From the IMG/VR virus record IMGVR_UViG_3300050190_000082, positions 32,001 through 96,000 of that record: DNA of 64,000 nt; one strand, 5' to 3'. Below are positions 11,001 through 20,957 of this stretch, in pieces; the stretch's first letter is position 1, and every line of letters starts with the position of its first letter. The notes under the pieces are model-generated. The model worked only from the letters and a program-made list of their open reading frames with translations, searched no databases and was not told the DNA's origin. Source of the stretch: a virus. The translations under genes and the position numbers were made by a program.

Positions 11001-11342
11001 AAGCCATTATCAATCAAAGAACAGGTAAAATTTGAGATGGAGTTCCTAGAATACACAGAATACATAAATGAAAGTGCAGGAGAAGGATTTTATATTATCA
11101 CCAAATTTGAAACATACAAAGATAAAACTAAACCATATATAACTATGAGACAAGTAAAAACAGGGATAGATATGAAGACAAAAATTAAAGATGGTAAGAT
11201 TTATGTAGAAAATCCATTCAAACTGTATGATGTTTTAAAAGTAAACTCGTTTAAGACGCAATACAAAACTAAGAACGTAGGGGGTAAATGGATGAAATCA
11301 AATGAACTAGAAGAAATCCTTGTAGGTTATGAAGTATATTAA
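8046..11342 (+). CDS. dnaE: DNA polymerase III alpha subunit (PHP + DnaE)
   Basis: PHP HLH/NHG/DTH, RGSVGGS, DIDIDF catalytic motif, KFDILGL, YQE, GYNHS; start moved to TTG8046 behind AGGAGG. Confidence 0.95.
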   Translation: MDNFTVYHLHDDTSNCNGYADSCSNYKEYIKLAKKQSMKSIAFSNHGGMYDWMKKKQDCDKAGIKYIHGIEAYLCTKFESDERGYHIGLYAKNYEGVLELNSLNSKSTSKGKLDDKTDRRMYYNPRISLEELMNTSENIIVTTACLASILWRKKNDEDDYVLTFLEWMSKNSHRCFLEIQYHIHIQQVEYNMLLWNWSKQYNIPLIAGTDTHSSSKYKAECRKILQISKDSFYGDEDAFDLTWKTFDELVECFKTQNALPEDVWMCAIENTNKLADMVEEFKLDKSFKYPNLYGDNAIDVWKKSIGKKLQYKVVNKIIDVKRIGEYKLKIKEEFSAMKKQNMESFMMFMAELVDYCNKNDIPYGFCRGSVGGSEIAFITDITDVDPLRWNTVFSRFCNAERVSLADIDIDFAPEDRVKVYEFIINRFTPEKTAYISSFLTLKDRGTIDALAKGLKYEDLDEVMGIKNQFDKLFDEYSKIIQEEVNLEELEEVDSKSVDFDYHDVYCNRIRNIKSLTRANNLKKEFQNLKDSNKDLFYYFDGLKGTIIAKGTHPAGIIGSPITLADNLGVYYKNGDESQPVSICAMKAVDSVNFVKFDILGLKAVGIMKDIYKYINSNYLKAHEIDWNDNNVWDNMVTSSVGVFQFEGDYAYSLLKDFKPRFINDMSLVNAALRPSGKSYRDRLIRKELNVNPSEQLDTLLQDNYGYLVYQEDTIKFLTDICGFSGSLADTTRRAIGKKDIVLLTEQLPKILEGYCNKSNKPREEAEEEVKQFLQIIDDSSEYQFGYNHSTGYSMNGYAETRLRTYYPLEFVTAYLNRSENTEDTNRGIALAQQLNIKINPISFGKSVAEYTYDKKENSIYKGIASIKFLNEQVPTELYALAQQKDYVDFIDLLSDIKTTCVNTRQLKILTGLNFFRKFGKNKKLLHIIELFDKLASCKQINFKNISKLNINEKMLQKYSNKTTETLYKELDMMGYIREVIQTFEDKPLSIKEQVKFEMEFLEYTEYINESAGEGFYIITKFETYKDKTKPYITMRQVKTGIDMKTKIKDGKIYVENPFKLYDVLKVNSFKTQYKTKNVGGKWMKSNELEEILVGYEVY

Positions 11343-11370
11343 ATATGTATATTAGAAAGTAGGCGAAACA

Positions 11371-13626
11371 TTGAAAGATAAAAATATAGTGGAGTTTCAA
11401 GGTACTGTAGTGGCTAACCCATACAATACTGAAGATTTCAAAATATATGGGTTAAATGTTGATTACATTAAGTTCCCTAATATTAAGACGAATAAATATG
11501 GCAATGTGAGTCTTATTGGTAATCTACCAGACCTTGAAGATGGTGTTGAGTTTAGTATAAAAGCGGAAGAAACAAACGGTAAGAATGGAATCTCTTATAA
11601 GTTTATTAATATCAAACGAGATAGGCCCAAAACAGAAGCATCAACTAGATTATTCTTACAAAGTATATTAGATAGTAATAGTCATGTTGATGAAGTTATG
11701 CGTGAATATCCAGACATTATTGATAGAGTTATTAATAATCGTCTGGATGATATTGATTTAAAGAAGTTATATAATATTGGCGAATTTCGTTTTGAAGTTA
11801 TTAAACGTAAAATCATTGAAAACTTTGCACTTGCAGAACTCGTTAGTGAGTTTAAAGGATTCATAGAATTCAAAGTATTAAAGATTCTTTATGATAAATA
11901 TGGTTGTATTGAGAAGATATTAGAAAAATTACAAGATAACCCATATATGTGCTTGTGCGGTCTGTCAAGGATTGCTTTTAAAACAGCAGATAAGATACTC
12001 CTAGAGTTTAATAAAGAGTGCATTAACATGAAAGAGAAAGGAGAAAAACCACCTATTGATTTCACTTTTGATCTAGTAACTTCGAGTCAAAGACAGAAAT
12101 CAGCTATTATGTTTTTACTAGGAGAGAATGAGAATGATGGCAATACTAAGATTGATATAAAAACACTTAGAAAACAATCTGAGGCAATAGCTAATAAATG
12201 TATTGAACACTTTGTTGATATTATTAAAAATGATGAGGACATACACTTTGACAAAGATACTCATACTGTTGCATTAGAAGAAACATATGAAACTGAAGAG
12301 TATATTGCTAATAAAATTTTACAAGGTTTGAAGGTAGAGAATAAATGGGATATAGACACGGAGAAATACAAAGTCAATTCTGAAGTAACCCTTACAGATC
12401 AACAGTATCAAGTTCTTCCTATGGTATGTAATTCAAATATATGTATTCTAAATGGTTTCGCCGGATCAGGCAAAAGTCAAACAACTAAATCAATTATAGA
12501 TATGTTAAAAGCTAATAATAAATCATTTATCTTATTAGCTCCTACAGGAAGGGCTGCTAAGGTACTCTCTGAGTTCACGAATGAACCTGCATCTACAATA
12601 CATCGTGGATTAGCTTATATACCTCCAGAATGGGGTTACAATGAAAAATATCCATTGCATTACGATGTAGCATTGGTAGATGAATTTTCTATGTGTGATG
12701 TATTCCTTATGAAACATTTACTTGAAGCAATTAACTTTGATAAAACAAAATTATTAATGATTGGAGATAGTTCACAAATTCCTTCTGTTGGAGCAGGAAA
12801 CGCTTTTTTTGACTTAATAAACTCAAAGTTAATTCCAATTGTTTCACTCACACAGATATTCAGATATGGAGAAGGAGGAGTTCTAACAGTAGCAACAAAA
12901 ACAAGAAATAGTGAAAAGTTTTTATGTGACTCACAAAAACCACAAATATTTGGAGAAGACAAAGGATATGTATTTATACCAACACAACAAGAAAAACTTA
13001 TAAACAATGTAACTAGTTTGTATAAAAAACTATTAGGTTCAGGTACTTTAAAAGAGGATATAATGATATTATCTTCTTATAATGTAGGTGAATATGGTAC
13101 TATTAATATAAATAAACACCTTCAACCTATATCTAATCCCAATGTTCTAAGGGGTGGAATAAATATTCAACTTGGAGATACTAAATTTTATGAAAATGAT
13201 CTAGTAATACAAACTATGAATAATTATAAAGCGAAAAAGTATGATGATGGATGGGCAGATGAAGAAGAAAAAATATTCATTGCAAATGGAGAAATAGGTA
13301 AAATAGTCAAGATAGAGTATGGCAAAGTAATTATACAGTTCGATGAGTTAGTTATTTATACTAAAAGTGATTTGTTAAATGTCAAATTATCATATAGTAT
13401 TAGCACTTTTAAGGCTCAAGGGGGTCAAGCAAAAATAGTCATTCTTATCACTCCTAAAGCACATACATTTATGCTTAATAGTAATTTAATCTACGTAGGT
13501 CAAACTAGATCAAAACAAAAAGTATTTCACTTTGGAGAAATAGAAACAGTTAATAGAGCAATCAAAAAGAAAGCTGACTTCAACAGAAAAACATACCTAA
13601 AAGAATTAGTTACAAATAATATATAA
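11371..13626 (+). CDS. recD2: RecD2-like SF1B helicase
   Basis: GFAGSGKS, APTGRAA, DEFSM, GDSSQIPSVG, QIFR, YVGQTR motifs. Confidence 0.85.
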   Translation: MKDKNIVEFQGTVVANPYNTEDFKIYGLNVDYIKFPNIKTNKYGNVSLIGNLPDLEDGVEFSIKAEETNGKNGISYKFINIKRDRPKTEASTRLFLQSILDSNSHVDEVMREYPDIIDRVINNRLDDIDLKKLYNIGEFRFEVIKRKIIENFALAELVSEFKGFIEFKVLKILYDKYGCIEKILEKLQDNPYMCLCGLSRIAFKTADKILLEFNKECINMKEKGEKPPIDFTFDLVTSSQRQKSAIMFLLGENENDGNTKIDIKTLRKQSEAIANKCIEHFVDIIKNDEDIHFDKDTHTVALEETYETEEYIANKILQGLKVENKWDIDTEKYKVNSEVTLTDQQYQVLPMVCNSNICILNGFAGSGKSQTTKSIIDMLKANNKSFILLAPTGRAAKVLSEFTNEPASTIHRGLAYIPPEWGYNEKYPLHYDVALVDEFSMCDVFLMKHLLEAINFDKTKLLMIGDSSQIPSVGAGNAFFDLINSKLIPIVSLTQIFRYGEGGVLTVATKTRNSEKFLCDSQKPQIFGEDKGYVFIPTQQEKLINNVTSLYKKLLGSGTLKEDIMILSSYNVGEYGTININKHLQPISNPNVLRGGINIQLGDTKFYENDLVIQTMNNYKAKKYDDGWADEEEKIFIANGEIGKIVKIEYGKVIIQFDELVIYTKSDLLNVKLSYSISTFKAQGGQAKIVILITPKAHTFMLNSNLIYVGQTRSKQKVFHFGEIETVNRAIKKKADFNRKTYLKELVTNNI

Positions 13627-13631
13627 TATAT

Positions 13632-13660
13632 TTGACTTATTATATCCAACATGCTACAAT
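13632..13660 (+). promoter_or_regulatory. sigma-A promoter
   Basis: TTGACT-N17-TACAAT with extended TG. Confidence 0.65.
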
Positions 13661-13931
13661 AGTATACATAAGGATTCCATCCACAAAAACAAATTCTAAA
13701 CGAAAAGAGGTGGATTATCATGTGAATTTACATATTCTCAAATTATACATAAAGGTGGTGATAATGTGATATATGACCGTGAATGGCAAGAGTGTAGTAA
13801 AGAGGAGTACAATTTTCGGGATAGAATCAATTTTCGGTATGAAGTATGCGAAGCAAATGATGAAGTTACATATTTTAAGAGGAAAGTTAAAGTAATTACA
13901 TTCTACAATGATAAGGAGCGTGGAGAATAAG

Positions 13932-14150
13932 TTGGCCGACCTGTCCATGTGTAAGAATATCAATAATAACTGTCCTAAAGCAAATTCTTGTCATAGATTC
14001 TTAGCAGAGAAAAGTGAAGAACAGATATTTATGAAATTCCATAATATATGCAAGGAATCAAACAATTACAAGTGGTATTGGGAAGAGAAACAAGAGATAA
14101 CTGTAAAAGTAGAAGAACCAATTATTAAGGAAGAAAGTGATACTAATTAA
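13932..14150 (+). CDS. small Cys-rich hypothetical protein
   Basis: TTG start after GGAG; ADLSMC..CP...CHRF pattern common in phage ORFs. Confidence 0.55.
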   Translation: MADLSMCKNINNNCPKANSCHRFLAEKSEEQIFMKFHNICKESNNYKWYWEEKQEITVKVEEPIIKEESDTN

Positions 14151-14325
14151 GATTATGGTTGAGTGTATCCATGAATGTGAAGGGTATATTTTAGGAGAAA
14201 AATATAAAATGATCAGTTGTTCAGGACAATATATTGAGGTTGAAAATTCTACAGGTTTTAGAGAGATTATGTCAGATAAATATTTTAGTGGTGCAGGTAA
14301 AAGATTGAGTAAAAATAATAAATAA
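14137..14325 (+). CDS. hypothetical protein
   Basis: 62-aa ORF overlapping the previous gene. Confidence 0.5.
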   Translation: MILIKIMVECIHECEGYILGEKYKMISCSGQYIEVENSTGFREIMSDKYFSGAGKRLSKNNK

Positions 14326-14347
14326 TATAAAAGAATGGAGATAATAC

Positions 14348-16570
14348 ATGAATAATGTTACAAAAAGAGATGGCAGAATTATCACATTTAATAAGGATAA
14401 GATCACTAACGCAATTAAATTAGCAATGGTTAGGACAGAAAAGGGTATTGATGAAGCATTAGCTGTTGAAATATCAGAAAAAGTAAATAAAATGGACAAA
14501 AAAGAGATGAATGTTGAAGAAATTCAAGATTTAGTAGAACTTAAACTAATGGCAAGCTCAAGGAAAGATGTAGCAAAGGAGTTTATTACATATAGAAATA
14601 AAAGAAGTGAAGTAAGACAAAAAAATACAGAGTTAAATAAGAAGATTGAGAAAATTTTACTCTGTAATAATATTCAAAACTCTAATGCAAATGTTGATGA
14701 ATATTCTTTTGGTGGAAGAAAGTTTGAAAGTGCAGGATTATTACATAAAGATTTTGCAATGAATAATTTACTTAGAAGTGATGTTGCTGAAGCGTTTAAG
14801 GAAAATAGGATTTACATCCATGACTTTGATTCTTATGATATTGGAATGCATAATTGTTTATATATTGATATGGGTAAACTATTAAATGATGGATTTACAA
14901 CTAGAAATGGTGATGTAAGAGGAGCAAATTCAATCGGTAGTGCCATGCAATTAGTAGCAGTTATTTTTCAATGTCAATCGCAGATCCAGTTCGGGGGTGT
15001 AGGTAGTATTCACTTAGATATTGACCTAGCTCCTTTTGTAGCTAAATCTTTTAAAAAATTATTCTGCAAAGGATTGTTTTACTTCGATAGTATTAAAGAC
15101 CCAAAGGAATATATTGTTGCTAGTGAATTAGAAGTTAAATTAGATAATGTAAAATATTTGCAATATAAGTTTCCTAAAGCAACAAATTATGCTTTATTAG
15201 AATTAGATAAAGATGGGTTACAATCTGCTCAAGCAATGTTTCATAATCTAAACACTCTAGAATCTCGTCCAGGTTCACAATTACCTTTTACATCAGTTAA
15301 CTATGGTAGGGATATTACAACAGAAGGAAGGATGGTTTCTGAGTGGCTGTTGAAGGCTAGTATTGATGGTATTGGTAAATATCACACCACAAGTATTTTC
15401 CCTATCAGTATTTTTCAATATAAGAAAGGGACTAATGATGTTGTAGGGACTCCTAATTATGATATAAAAAGATTAGCAATTAAATCAATGTGTAAGAGGA
15501 TTTATCCTAACTGGGTTAATGGTGATTTCAGTAGCAATATTGAAGATGAAAATGATCCAAATACCTTCATGAGTACAATGGGTTGCCGAACTTCCATAGG
15601 GGATGATGTTCATGGATTAGGGTTTTCTAAACTTGGAAGAGGAAATATTTCACCTGTCACAATTGATTTGCCAAAGTTAGGGATTAAACATGGTATTTGT
15701 TTAGGTAATGAATTAGATTTAAAAGGATTCTGGGAAGAATTAGATGAAGTATTAAAACTTACTGTGCAAGCACTAGTCGATAGGTTTTATCATATCTGTA
15801 ATCAATCGGTTAAGTCTGCACCATTCATGTACAAAAATGGAACAGTCGCAGATTCAGAAAGTGCTTTGAAAAATGGTGTATATGAGTCAATGAAACATGG
15901 GACTAATGCAATAGGATATATCGGAGTTGCAGAAATGTGTCAAGCAATGTTTGGAAAGAATCATGCCGAATCTGAAGAAGTAAAGGAATTTGCATTAGAA
16001 GTAATTGTACATATGTGGGAACACGCAAAACAGGCTAATATTGATCACAATTTAAACTTTAGCCTTTATGCAACCCCAGCAGAAAACCTTTGTAAAACAA
16101 TGATGGTAGGACTTAAAGAGGAATTTGGTGTCATTCCTAATGTCACAGAAAAGGATTATCTTACAAATTCTCATCATGTTCCAGTATGGCAGGAAATTTC
16201 AATCTTTGATAAGTTAAAAGTAGAAGCTCCATTCTGTAAATATCCTACTGGTGGTTGCATTACATATGTTGAGTTAGATAGTTCAATTATTCATAATGAA
16301 GAAGCAGTAGAAAAGATTATTGACTATGCAATGGCATTAGATATTCCTTATATGGCATTTAACTTTCCAATTGATTCTTGCTTAGATTGTGGATACCAAA
16401 GTGAATTTAATAATGCTTGCCCTATTTGTATGAGTGAGAATATCCAACAACTACGAAGGGTTACAGGATATCTAAGCACAGACTTTAGAAACTTTAATGA
16501 AGGGAAGAAGCAAGAAATAAATGATAGGGTAAAGCATTCATTGTTTACAGACTTTACAAAAGGTGAATAA
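14348..16570 (+). CDS. nrdD: anaerobic (class III) ribonucleotide reductase with ATP cone
   Basis: VTKRDG ATP cone, HNCL, MGCRT, TPAENL, CxxC-CxxC, RVTGY glycyl-radical motif. Confidence 0.97.
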   Translation: MNNVTKRDGRIITFNKDKITNAIKLAMVRTEKGIDEALAVEISEKVNKMDKKEMNVEEIQDLVELKLMASSRKDVAKEFITYRNKRSEVRQKNTELNKKIEKILLCNNIQNSNANVDEYSFGGRKFESAGLLHKDFAMNNLLRSDVAEAFKENRIYIHDFDSYDIGMHNCLYIDMGKLLNDGFTTRNGDVRGANSIGSAMQLVAVIFQCQSQIQFGGVGSIHLDIDLAPFVAKSFKKLFCKGLFYFDSIKDPKEYIVASELEVKLDNVKYLQYKFPKATNYALLELDKDGLQSAQAMFHNLNTLESRPGSQLPFTSVNYGRDITTEGRMVSEWLLKASIDGIGKYHTTSIFPISIFQYKKGTNDVVGTPNYDIKRLAIKSMCKRIYPNWVNGDFSSNIEDENDPNTFMSTMGCRTSIGDDVHGLGFSKLGRGNISPVTIDLPKLGIKHGICLGNELDLKGFWEELDEVLKLTVQALVDRFYHICNQSVKSAPFMYKNGTVADSESALKNGVYESMKHGTNAIGYIGVAEMCQAMFGKNHAESEEVKEFALEVIVHMWEHAKQANIDHNLNFSLYATPAENLCKTMMVGLKEEFGVIPNVTEKDYLTNSHHVPVWQEISIFDKLKVEAPFCKYPTGGCITYVELDSSIIHNEEAVEKIIDYAMALDIPYMAFNFPIDSCLDCGYQSEFNNACPICMSENIQQLRRVTGYLSTDFRNFNEGKKQEINDRVKHSLFTDFTKGE

Positions 16571-17077
16571 ATGCATATAAGTGGACTTGTAAATGAAAGT
16601 TTAGTGGATGGAATAGGGATTAGGACAACCATTTTCATTAGTGGTTGTCGCCACTTCTGTAAAGGATGTCAGAATCCAGAGACACATAATTTTAAGAGAG
16701 GAGTTGAATTTGACGAAGAATTACAATGGAAAGTAATAGACGATATAAGGAATAATCCTCTTATCCAAGGTATTACATTATCGGGTGGAGACCCTATGTT
16801 CTCTGCAAAAGAATTAGTAGAGTTTGTTGAATTTGCTAAAAGTGAACTTAATAATATAAACATATGGTGCTACACTGGATTCACATATGAAATGATTAGA
16901 AGTGGCAATGACGTAGATATGATTGATTTACTTAAACTATGTAATGTTTTGGTTGATGGAAAATTTATATTAGAACAAAAAGATATTACATTATCATTTA
17001 GAGGTAGTGGGAATCAAAGAATTATTGATGTTAAAGAAAGTTTAAAGCAAGGTATTGTTATTAAGTTAATGGATTAA
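16571..17077 (+). CDS. nrdG: NrdD activase (radical SAM)
   Basis: DGIGIR, CRHFCKGC, SGGDP, FRGSGNQR. Confidence 0.95.
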   Translation: MHISGLVNESLVDGIGIRTTIFISGCRHFCKGCQNPETHNFKRGVEFDEELQWKVIDDIRNNPLIQGITLSGGDPMFSAKELVEFVEFAKSELNNINIWCYTGFTYEMIRSGNDVDMIDLLKLCNVLVDGKFILEQKDITLSFRGSGNQRIIDVKESLKQGIVIKLMD

Positions 17078-17101
17078 ATATAATAAAAGGAGTTTAGATA
17101 A

Positions 17102-17530
17102 ATGAACATTAAAATTAAATACTTCAGTAATGAAATCGAGAAAGTATCAAAAATTACTAATGGTGATTGGATTGATTTACGTTCTGCAATCAATCGTGTT
17201 ATTCCAAAAGGAGAATTTGCTTTAATTCCTCTAGGTGTTGGTATGATACTTCCTGAAGGATATGAGGCTCATATTGTTCCACGCTCAAGTACATATAAAA
17301 ACTTTGGAGTTATTCAAACTAATCATATGGGAGTAGTAGATGAATCATACAAAGGAGACCGAGATCAGTGGTTTTTCCCTGCATTTGCACTAAGAGATAC
17401 TGTAATTAAACTAAATGATAGGATTTGTCAGTTTAGGATTGAAAAGAAAATGCCAGAAGTAGAGTTTGAAGAAGTAGAATCTCTTGAAGATGTAAATCGT
17501 GGTGGATTTGGGAGTACAGGGGAAAATTAA
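17102..17530 (+). CDS. dut: trimeric dUTPase
   Basis: [29 protein letters not shown]. Confidence 0.95.
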   Translation: MNIKIKYFSNEIEKVSKITNGDWIDLRSAINRVIPKGEFALIPLGVGMILPEGYEAHIVPRSSTYKNFGVIQTNHMGVVDESYKGDRDQWFFPAFALRDTVIKLNDRICQFRIEKKMPEVEFEEVESLEDVNRGGFGSTGEN

Positions 17531-17785
17531 GATCAATATTCCTTTAAAAGTAATATTTTAATGGAAAAGAAATTAGGGCTTTATAATTTAAGTATAAAAT
17601 CAGATATAAAGCCCTACAACCGTTGGTGCATAAGGGTTTCAGAGGTTGATTATTAAAATATCCTAAAACACTAGCAAAATGGCTATTTTAAGGTAAATAC
17701 CCATAATAGATTAAAACTTATCTTTTATTCTATAGTAAATCCAACAACAGGAAGGAGGTGACAGAAAAGAAAGGAGAAGAACATA

Positions 17786-17929
17786 ATGGACATATTAATT
17801 AAGTGGTTAACAAAACAAATAAACATTCCTAAAAATTTACATAATGAAAACACCTATATGTGGAGTAAAGGATATAGAAAAGCTTGCTCAGATATTTTAG
17901 AGTTTATAAATAAAATTGAAAATAAGTAA
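17786..17929 (+). CDS. small hypothetical protein (47 aa)
   Basis: AAGGAG RBS plus ATG; too short for the ORF track. Confidence 0.5.
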   Translation: MDILIKWLTKQINIPKNLHNENTYMWSKGYRKACSDILEFINKIENK

Positions 17930-17971
17930 GTTCAAATTTTAAAAGAAATTTTAAAGGCAATTAAGAAAGGA

Positions 17972-18205
17972 ATGATAAAAATGAAATTACTCTGTGTTAA
18001 TACAGTAATTATGTCGGTAAGTGGAGAACAGTCATTTACCAAAGGGAAAGAATATAAAAGTTATAAATCTACTCGTAAGGTTGATTATGATATTGAAAAA
18101 GTTATCTGTGCAAAGAATGATCATGGAGAAAGTCATATTATTAAAAATGAACAAAATTCTAGTTTAGATGATTTCTATTATCATAATTTTAAGGAGATAA
18201 AGTAA
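17972..18205 (+). CDS. hypothetical protein
   Basis: ORF with RBS in the accessory array. Confidence 0.6.
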   Translation: MIKMKLLCVNTVIMSVSGEQSFTKGKEYKSYKSTRKVDYDIEKVICAKNDHGESHIIKNEQNSSLDDFYYHNFKEIK

Positions 18206-18235
18206 TAATCTTGGAAATAGAAAGGATGTATTAAT

Positions 18236-18409
18236 ATAGAAGATAGACTGGTTACGTTCACAGAGGCTCTATTCGCAAAGAAACTTGGGTTTAAAATTTA
18301 CGGTGTCACTGATAAGGGAACGCCAACAAATTGGAATCCAGAAACTCAAAATATGGTTTCTTGGTACGCAGTAGAAAAAGGCAAATGGTATATCAAAGGT
18401 GGTGAATAA
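18236..18409 (+). CDS. small hypothetical protein with ATA start
   Basis: GAAAGGA RBS, 57-codon open frame, no canonical start. Confidence 0.4.
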   Translation: MEDRLVTFTEALFAKKLGFKIYGVTDKGTPTNWNPETQNMVSWYAVEKGKWYIKGGE

Positions 18410-18490
18410 TAAAAAAGTATTAGGTAAGTATAAATCTAGCTTAGAATAAATAACCATTCAAACCGAAATTTTATTTGGGGGAAGGAGGAC

Positions 18491-18533
18491 GGACAGAAAA
18501 GACCGTGGTGTTCAAATACGGTCTTTTCTGTCC
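18491..18533. terminator. perfect 16-bp inverted repeat (terminator-like)
   Basis: GGACAGAAAAGACCGT ... ACGGTCTTTTCTGTCC. Confidence 0.6.
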
Positions 18534-18652
18534 AAAACAGGATAATCTATTTCAGATGTCTTACTTGATAGCGATATTAGTATATCCTATTTAGAACTTT
18601 ATATACAAAGGTAAACAGAACATTTATAAAAAAATATAAGGGAGGAGTAAAA

Positions 18653-18847
18653 ATGATAATAAATAAAATGTTTACAGAGGAACAATATCAAACCTATGCA
18701 AATTTTTTAAATAAAATGGGGCAGGAGAGTCTCCTAGATTATTCTACATATGATGAATCTGAAAACTGGCTAAAAGAAAGTAATATTACTATTGCTATTC
18801 AAAATGCAATGGATGAAAGATTTTCAGTAGAGAATATAGAGCAATAA
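18653..18847 (+). CDS. hypothetical protein
   Basis: GGAGG RBS. Confidence 0.6.
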   Translation: MIINKMFTEEQYQTYANFLNKMGQESLLDYSTYDESENWLKESNITIAIQNAMDERFSVENIEQ

Positions 18848-18929
18848 TTCCCTAATATTTGAAAAGAAATGCTAAATTATGTGCCTGAATAAAAAACACA
18901 TTTTATCGTATAGAAAGGAGTAGATAAAA

Positions 18930-19028
18930 ATTACTTTATTTGACACTTTTTGTTTTTGGTTAATTTTGTCTTCTATATATGGGTTACTACTTGCCGTTGG
19001 TATTAAAATGAAAAAGAGAAGTATATGA
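18930..19028 (+). CDS. small membrane peptide with ATT start
   Basis: GAAAGGAG RBS; stop overlaps the next ATG (ATGA). Confidence 0.4.
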   Translation: MTLFDTFCFWLILSSIYGLLLAVGIKMKKRSI

Positions 19029-19342
19029 TAAATAATTATAAAGTAATTACCCTATGTGGGAGTACAAAGTTTAAAGATGAATTCCTAAAAGCACAAAAAG
19101 AATTAACTCTTCAAGGAAATATTGTTATCTCAGTAGGATTATTTGGTCATGCTGATGGAGATTATAAAACAGTTCTTACAGAAGAAATAAAAGTAATGTT
19201 AGATGATATGCACAAAAGAAAAATAGATATGGCAGATGAGATTTATGTAATTAATAAGAATGGATATGTAGGCAGTAATGCAAAAAGTGAAATAGAATAT
19301 GCAGAACATACAGGTAAAGTGATTAAATACTTGGAGGAGTAA
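19025..19342 (+). CDS. conserved phage protein (nucleoside deoxyribosyltransferase-like fold)
   Basis: ITLCGSTKF..H.RKIDMADEI.V.N..GYVG...EIEYA pattern. Confidence 0.55.
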   Translation: MINNYKVITLCGSTKFKDEFLKAQKELTLQGNIVISVGLFGHADGDYKTVLTEEIKVMLDDMHKRKIDMADEIYVINKNGYVGSNAKSEIEYAEHTGKVIKYLEE

Positions 19343-19346
19343 ATAA

Positions 19347-19523
19347 ATGATTATTATCAGTGGAACAAAAGAAGAATTATTAAAATTTACAGGTGAATTT
19401 ATTCCATCTGAATGTCCTAGAGATACAAAAACCATGAGTAAAGAAAAATGTTATATTTATCAAAATTGTGAAGAATGTGCATTAGATAACGAGAAAAGAT
19501 TCATTTATAAAATTATAGAGTAG
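19347..19523 (+). CDS. small Cys-rich hypothetical protein
   Basis: GGAGG RBS, 58 aa. Confidence 0.5.
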   Translation: MIIISGTKEELLKFTGEFIPSECPRDTKTMSKEKCYIYQNCEECALDNEKRFIYKIIE

Positions 19524-19533
19524 GAGGAAATAT

Positions 19534-19749
19534 ATTGGATTTATCACAGTGGTTAGTAGTTATTTATTTTGTTCCTTTATTATATCAATAATATATTTTA
19601 CAATGCTTAAAGTTGAAGATTTGTTTAAAGTTGAGAAATCATACTCCAAAGATAAACATTCATATTTAAAATGTATTGGTCTTTCCTTTATCCCCATCTT
19701 AAATATAGCAATCGCTTTGAAACTTAGTTGGAAACAAATTGTAGGTTAA
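19534..19749 (+). CDS. small membrane protein (likely ATT start)
   Basis: AGGAGG lies 6 nt before ATT, in frame with ORF 19549; two hydrophobic segments. Confidence 0.5.
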   Translation: MGFITVVSSYLFCSFIISIIYFTMLKVEDLFKVEKSYSKDKHSYLKCIGLSFIPILNIAIALKLSWKQIVG

Positions 19750-19773
19750 ATTTTAAATTGAGGAGATTAAAAT

Positions 19774-20118
19774 ATGAAAATTTATATTGATCACAATAAG
19801 AAAATTGACCATTCACCCTGCTATGATTGTGAAACGGGAGGAGGTAGCATAAGTAGTGGAAGAGATGAAAAAGGGGAATATACTGAAACAACTACTTGTC
19901 ATGATGATTGCATAAAACTTAAATCATATTATATGAATATCAAAGAAGATTCAAGTATATATTGTAATACCTTACATATCCCTAAACGATATAAAATTGA
20001 TTTTGATAAGGTTACTAATTTAGAAGATATCTTACTAATATTAAAATCACTAAATATTACAATATCTGAGGAGTCAATCATAGGAATTGAACACTTAGTT
20101 AAAGAAATTACATATTGA
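19774..20118 (+). CDS. hypothetical protein
   Basis: GAGGAG RBS. Confidence 0.6.
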   Translation: MKIYIDHNKKIDHSPCYDCETGGGSISSGRDEKGEYTETTTCHDDCIKLKSYYMNIKEDSSIYCNTLHIPKRYKIDFDKVTNLEDILLILKSLNITISEESIIGIEHLVKEITY

Positions 20119-20130
20119 AAGGAGTAAAAA

Positions 20131-20283
20131 ATGAGCTGGTTGAAGAAATTATTCTGTCGTCATGATTTTATTTGGGACGGGAAACATGTACATTTTATTC
20201 TTGAAGGAACAAAAACATATTACGTATGTACCAAATGTGGAAAAGAAAAGCAAGTTTGGTTAGGTAAAACTGGCAAAAAGTAA
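20131..20283 (+). CDS. small Zn-ribbon protein (DUF1660-like)
   Basis: KLFCRH...CTKCGK pattern; AAGGAG RBS. Confidence 0.55.
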   Translation: MSWLKKLFCRHDFIWDGKHVHFILEGTKTYYVCTKCGKEKQVWLGKTGKK

Positions 20284-20306
20284 ATAAAATATTAGGAGGA
20301 ATACAT

Positions 20307-20795
20307 ATGAATATAGAATTTTTAACAGGTAAAATGCTAGGTAAAGAAATTAAGATAGAAACATTTGATAAGGATGGTAATCTTGGCATACTTATTGATA
20401 ATTTAAAGGTTGATTCTGTAGAAATCATTAAAACAATGTGGGCAGGGTACAATATAAAAGTCAATGAAAATATCAACCTCTATTTTGATTCGTTAGAACC
20501 ATGTGATTATAATGACTTGGAATATAATAAGCACTGTCTTTGCCTATTTAGGGATGATGTTGAATTAGTAAACGTCTATTTACCAGAAGGAGACAGTTGG
20601 AATGAGATGAATCCTACTATTCAAGAGATGGCAGACGAAATTAATACTAAAATAATAGATACTAAAATTAACTTATGCAATTTTTGCATCTTCTGTCCAG
20701 CAGAATGTTTAGCAAAAGAAGAAGATGTTAAATATGGTGATGGTTATGGACTAGATAATATTTATAAATGTAAGACGTATGTCGAGGCTTGGTAA
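20307..20795 (+). CDS. hypothetical protein
   Basis: AGGAGG RBS. Confidence 0.6.
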   Translation: MNIEFLTGKMLGKEIKIETFDKDGNLGILIDNLKVDSVEIIKTMWAGYNIKVNENINLYFDSLEPCDYNDLEYNKHCLCLFRDDVELVNVYLPEGDSWNEMNPTIQEMADEINTKIIDTKINLCNFCIFCPAECLAKEEDVKYGDGYGLDNIYKCKTYVEAW

Positions 20796-20957
20796 TAGAA
20801 ATTAATGAAAATTTATGATTCTACAAGTCGCTGATAGCAAGGGTTTGAGAACTGTATAGGCACATATTCATAGTAAGGTTGAGTTTAAATATGATGAGGG
20901 TAGAATTATGTCAGATGATATTTTAAAAGGCTTAGAGCAAGCATTTAGGAGGATAAA

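Noticed and set aside
3510-16570. Inteins or introns in the helicase, DnaE or NrdD
   Set aside because: ORFs are continuous and of ordinary length; no intein splice motifs or split frames were seen
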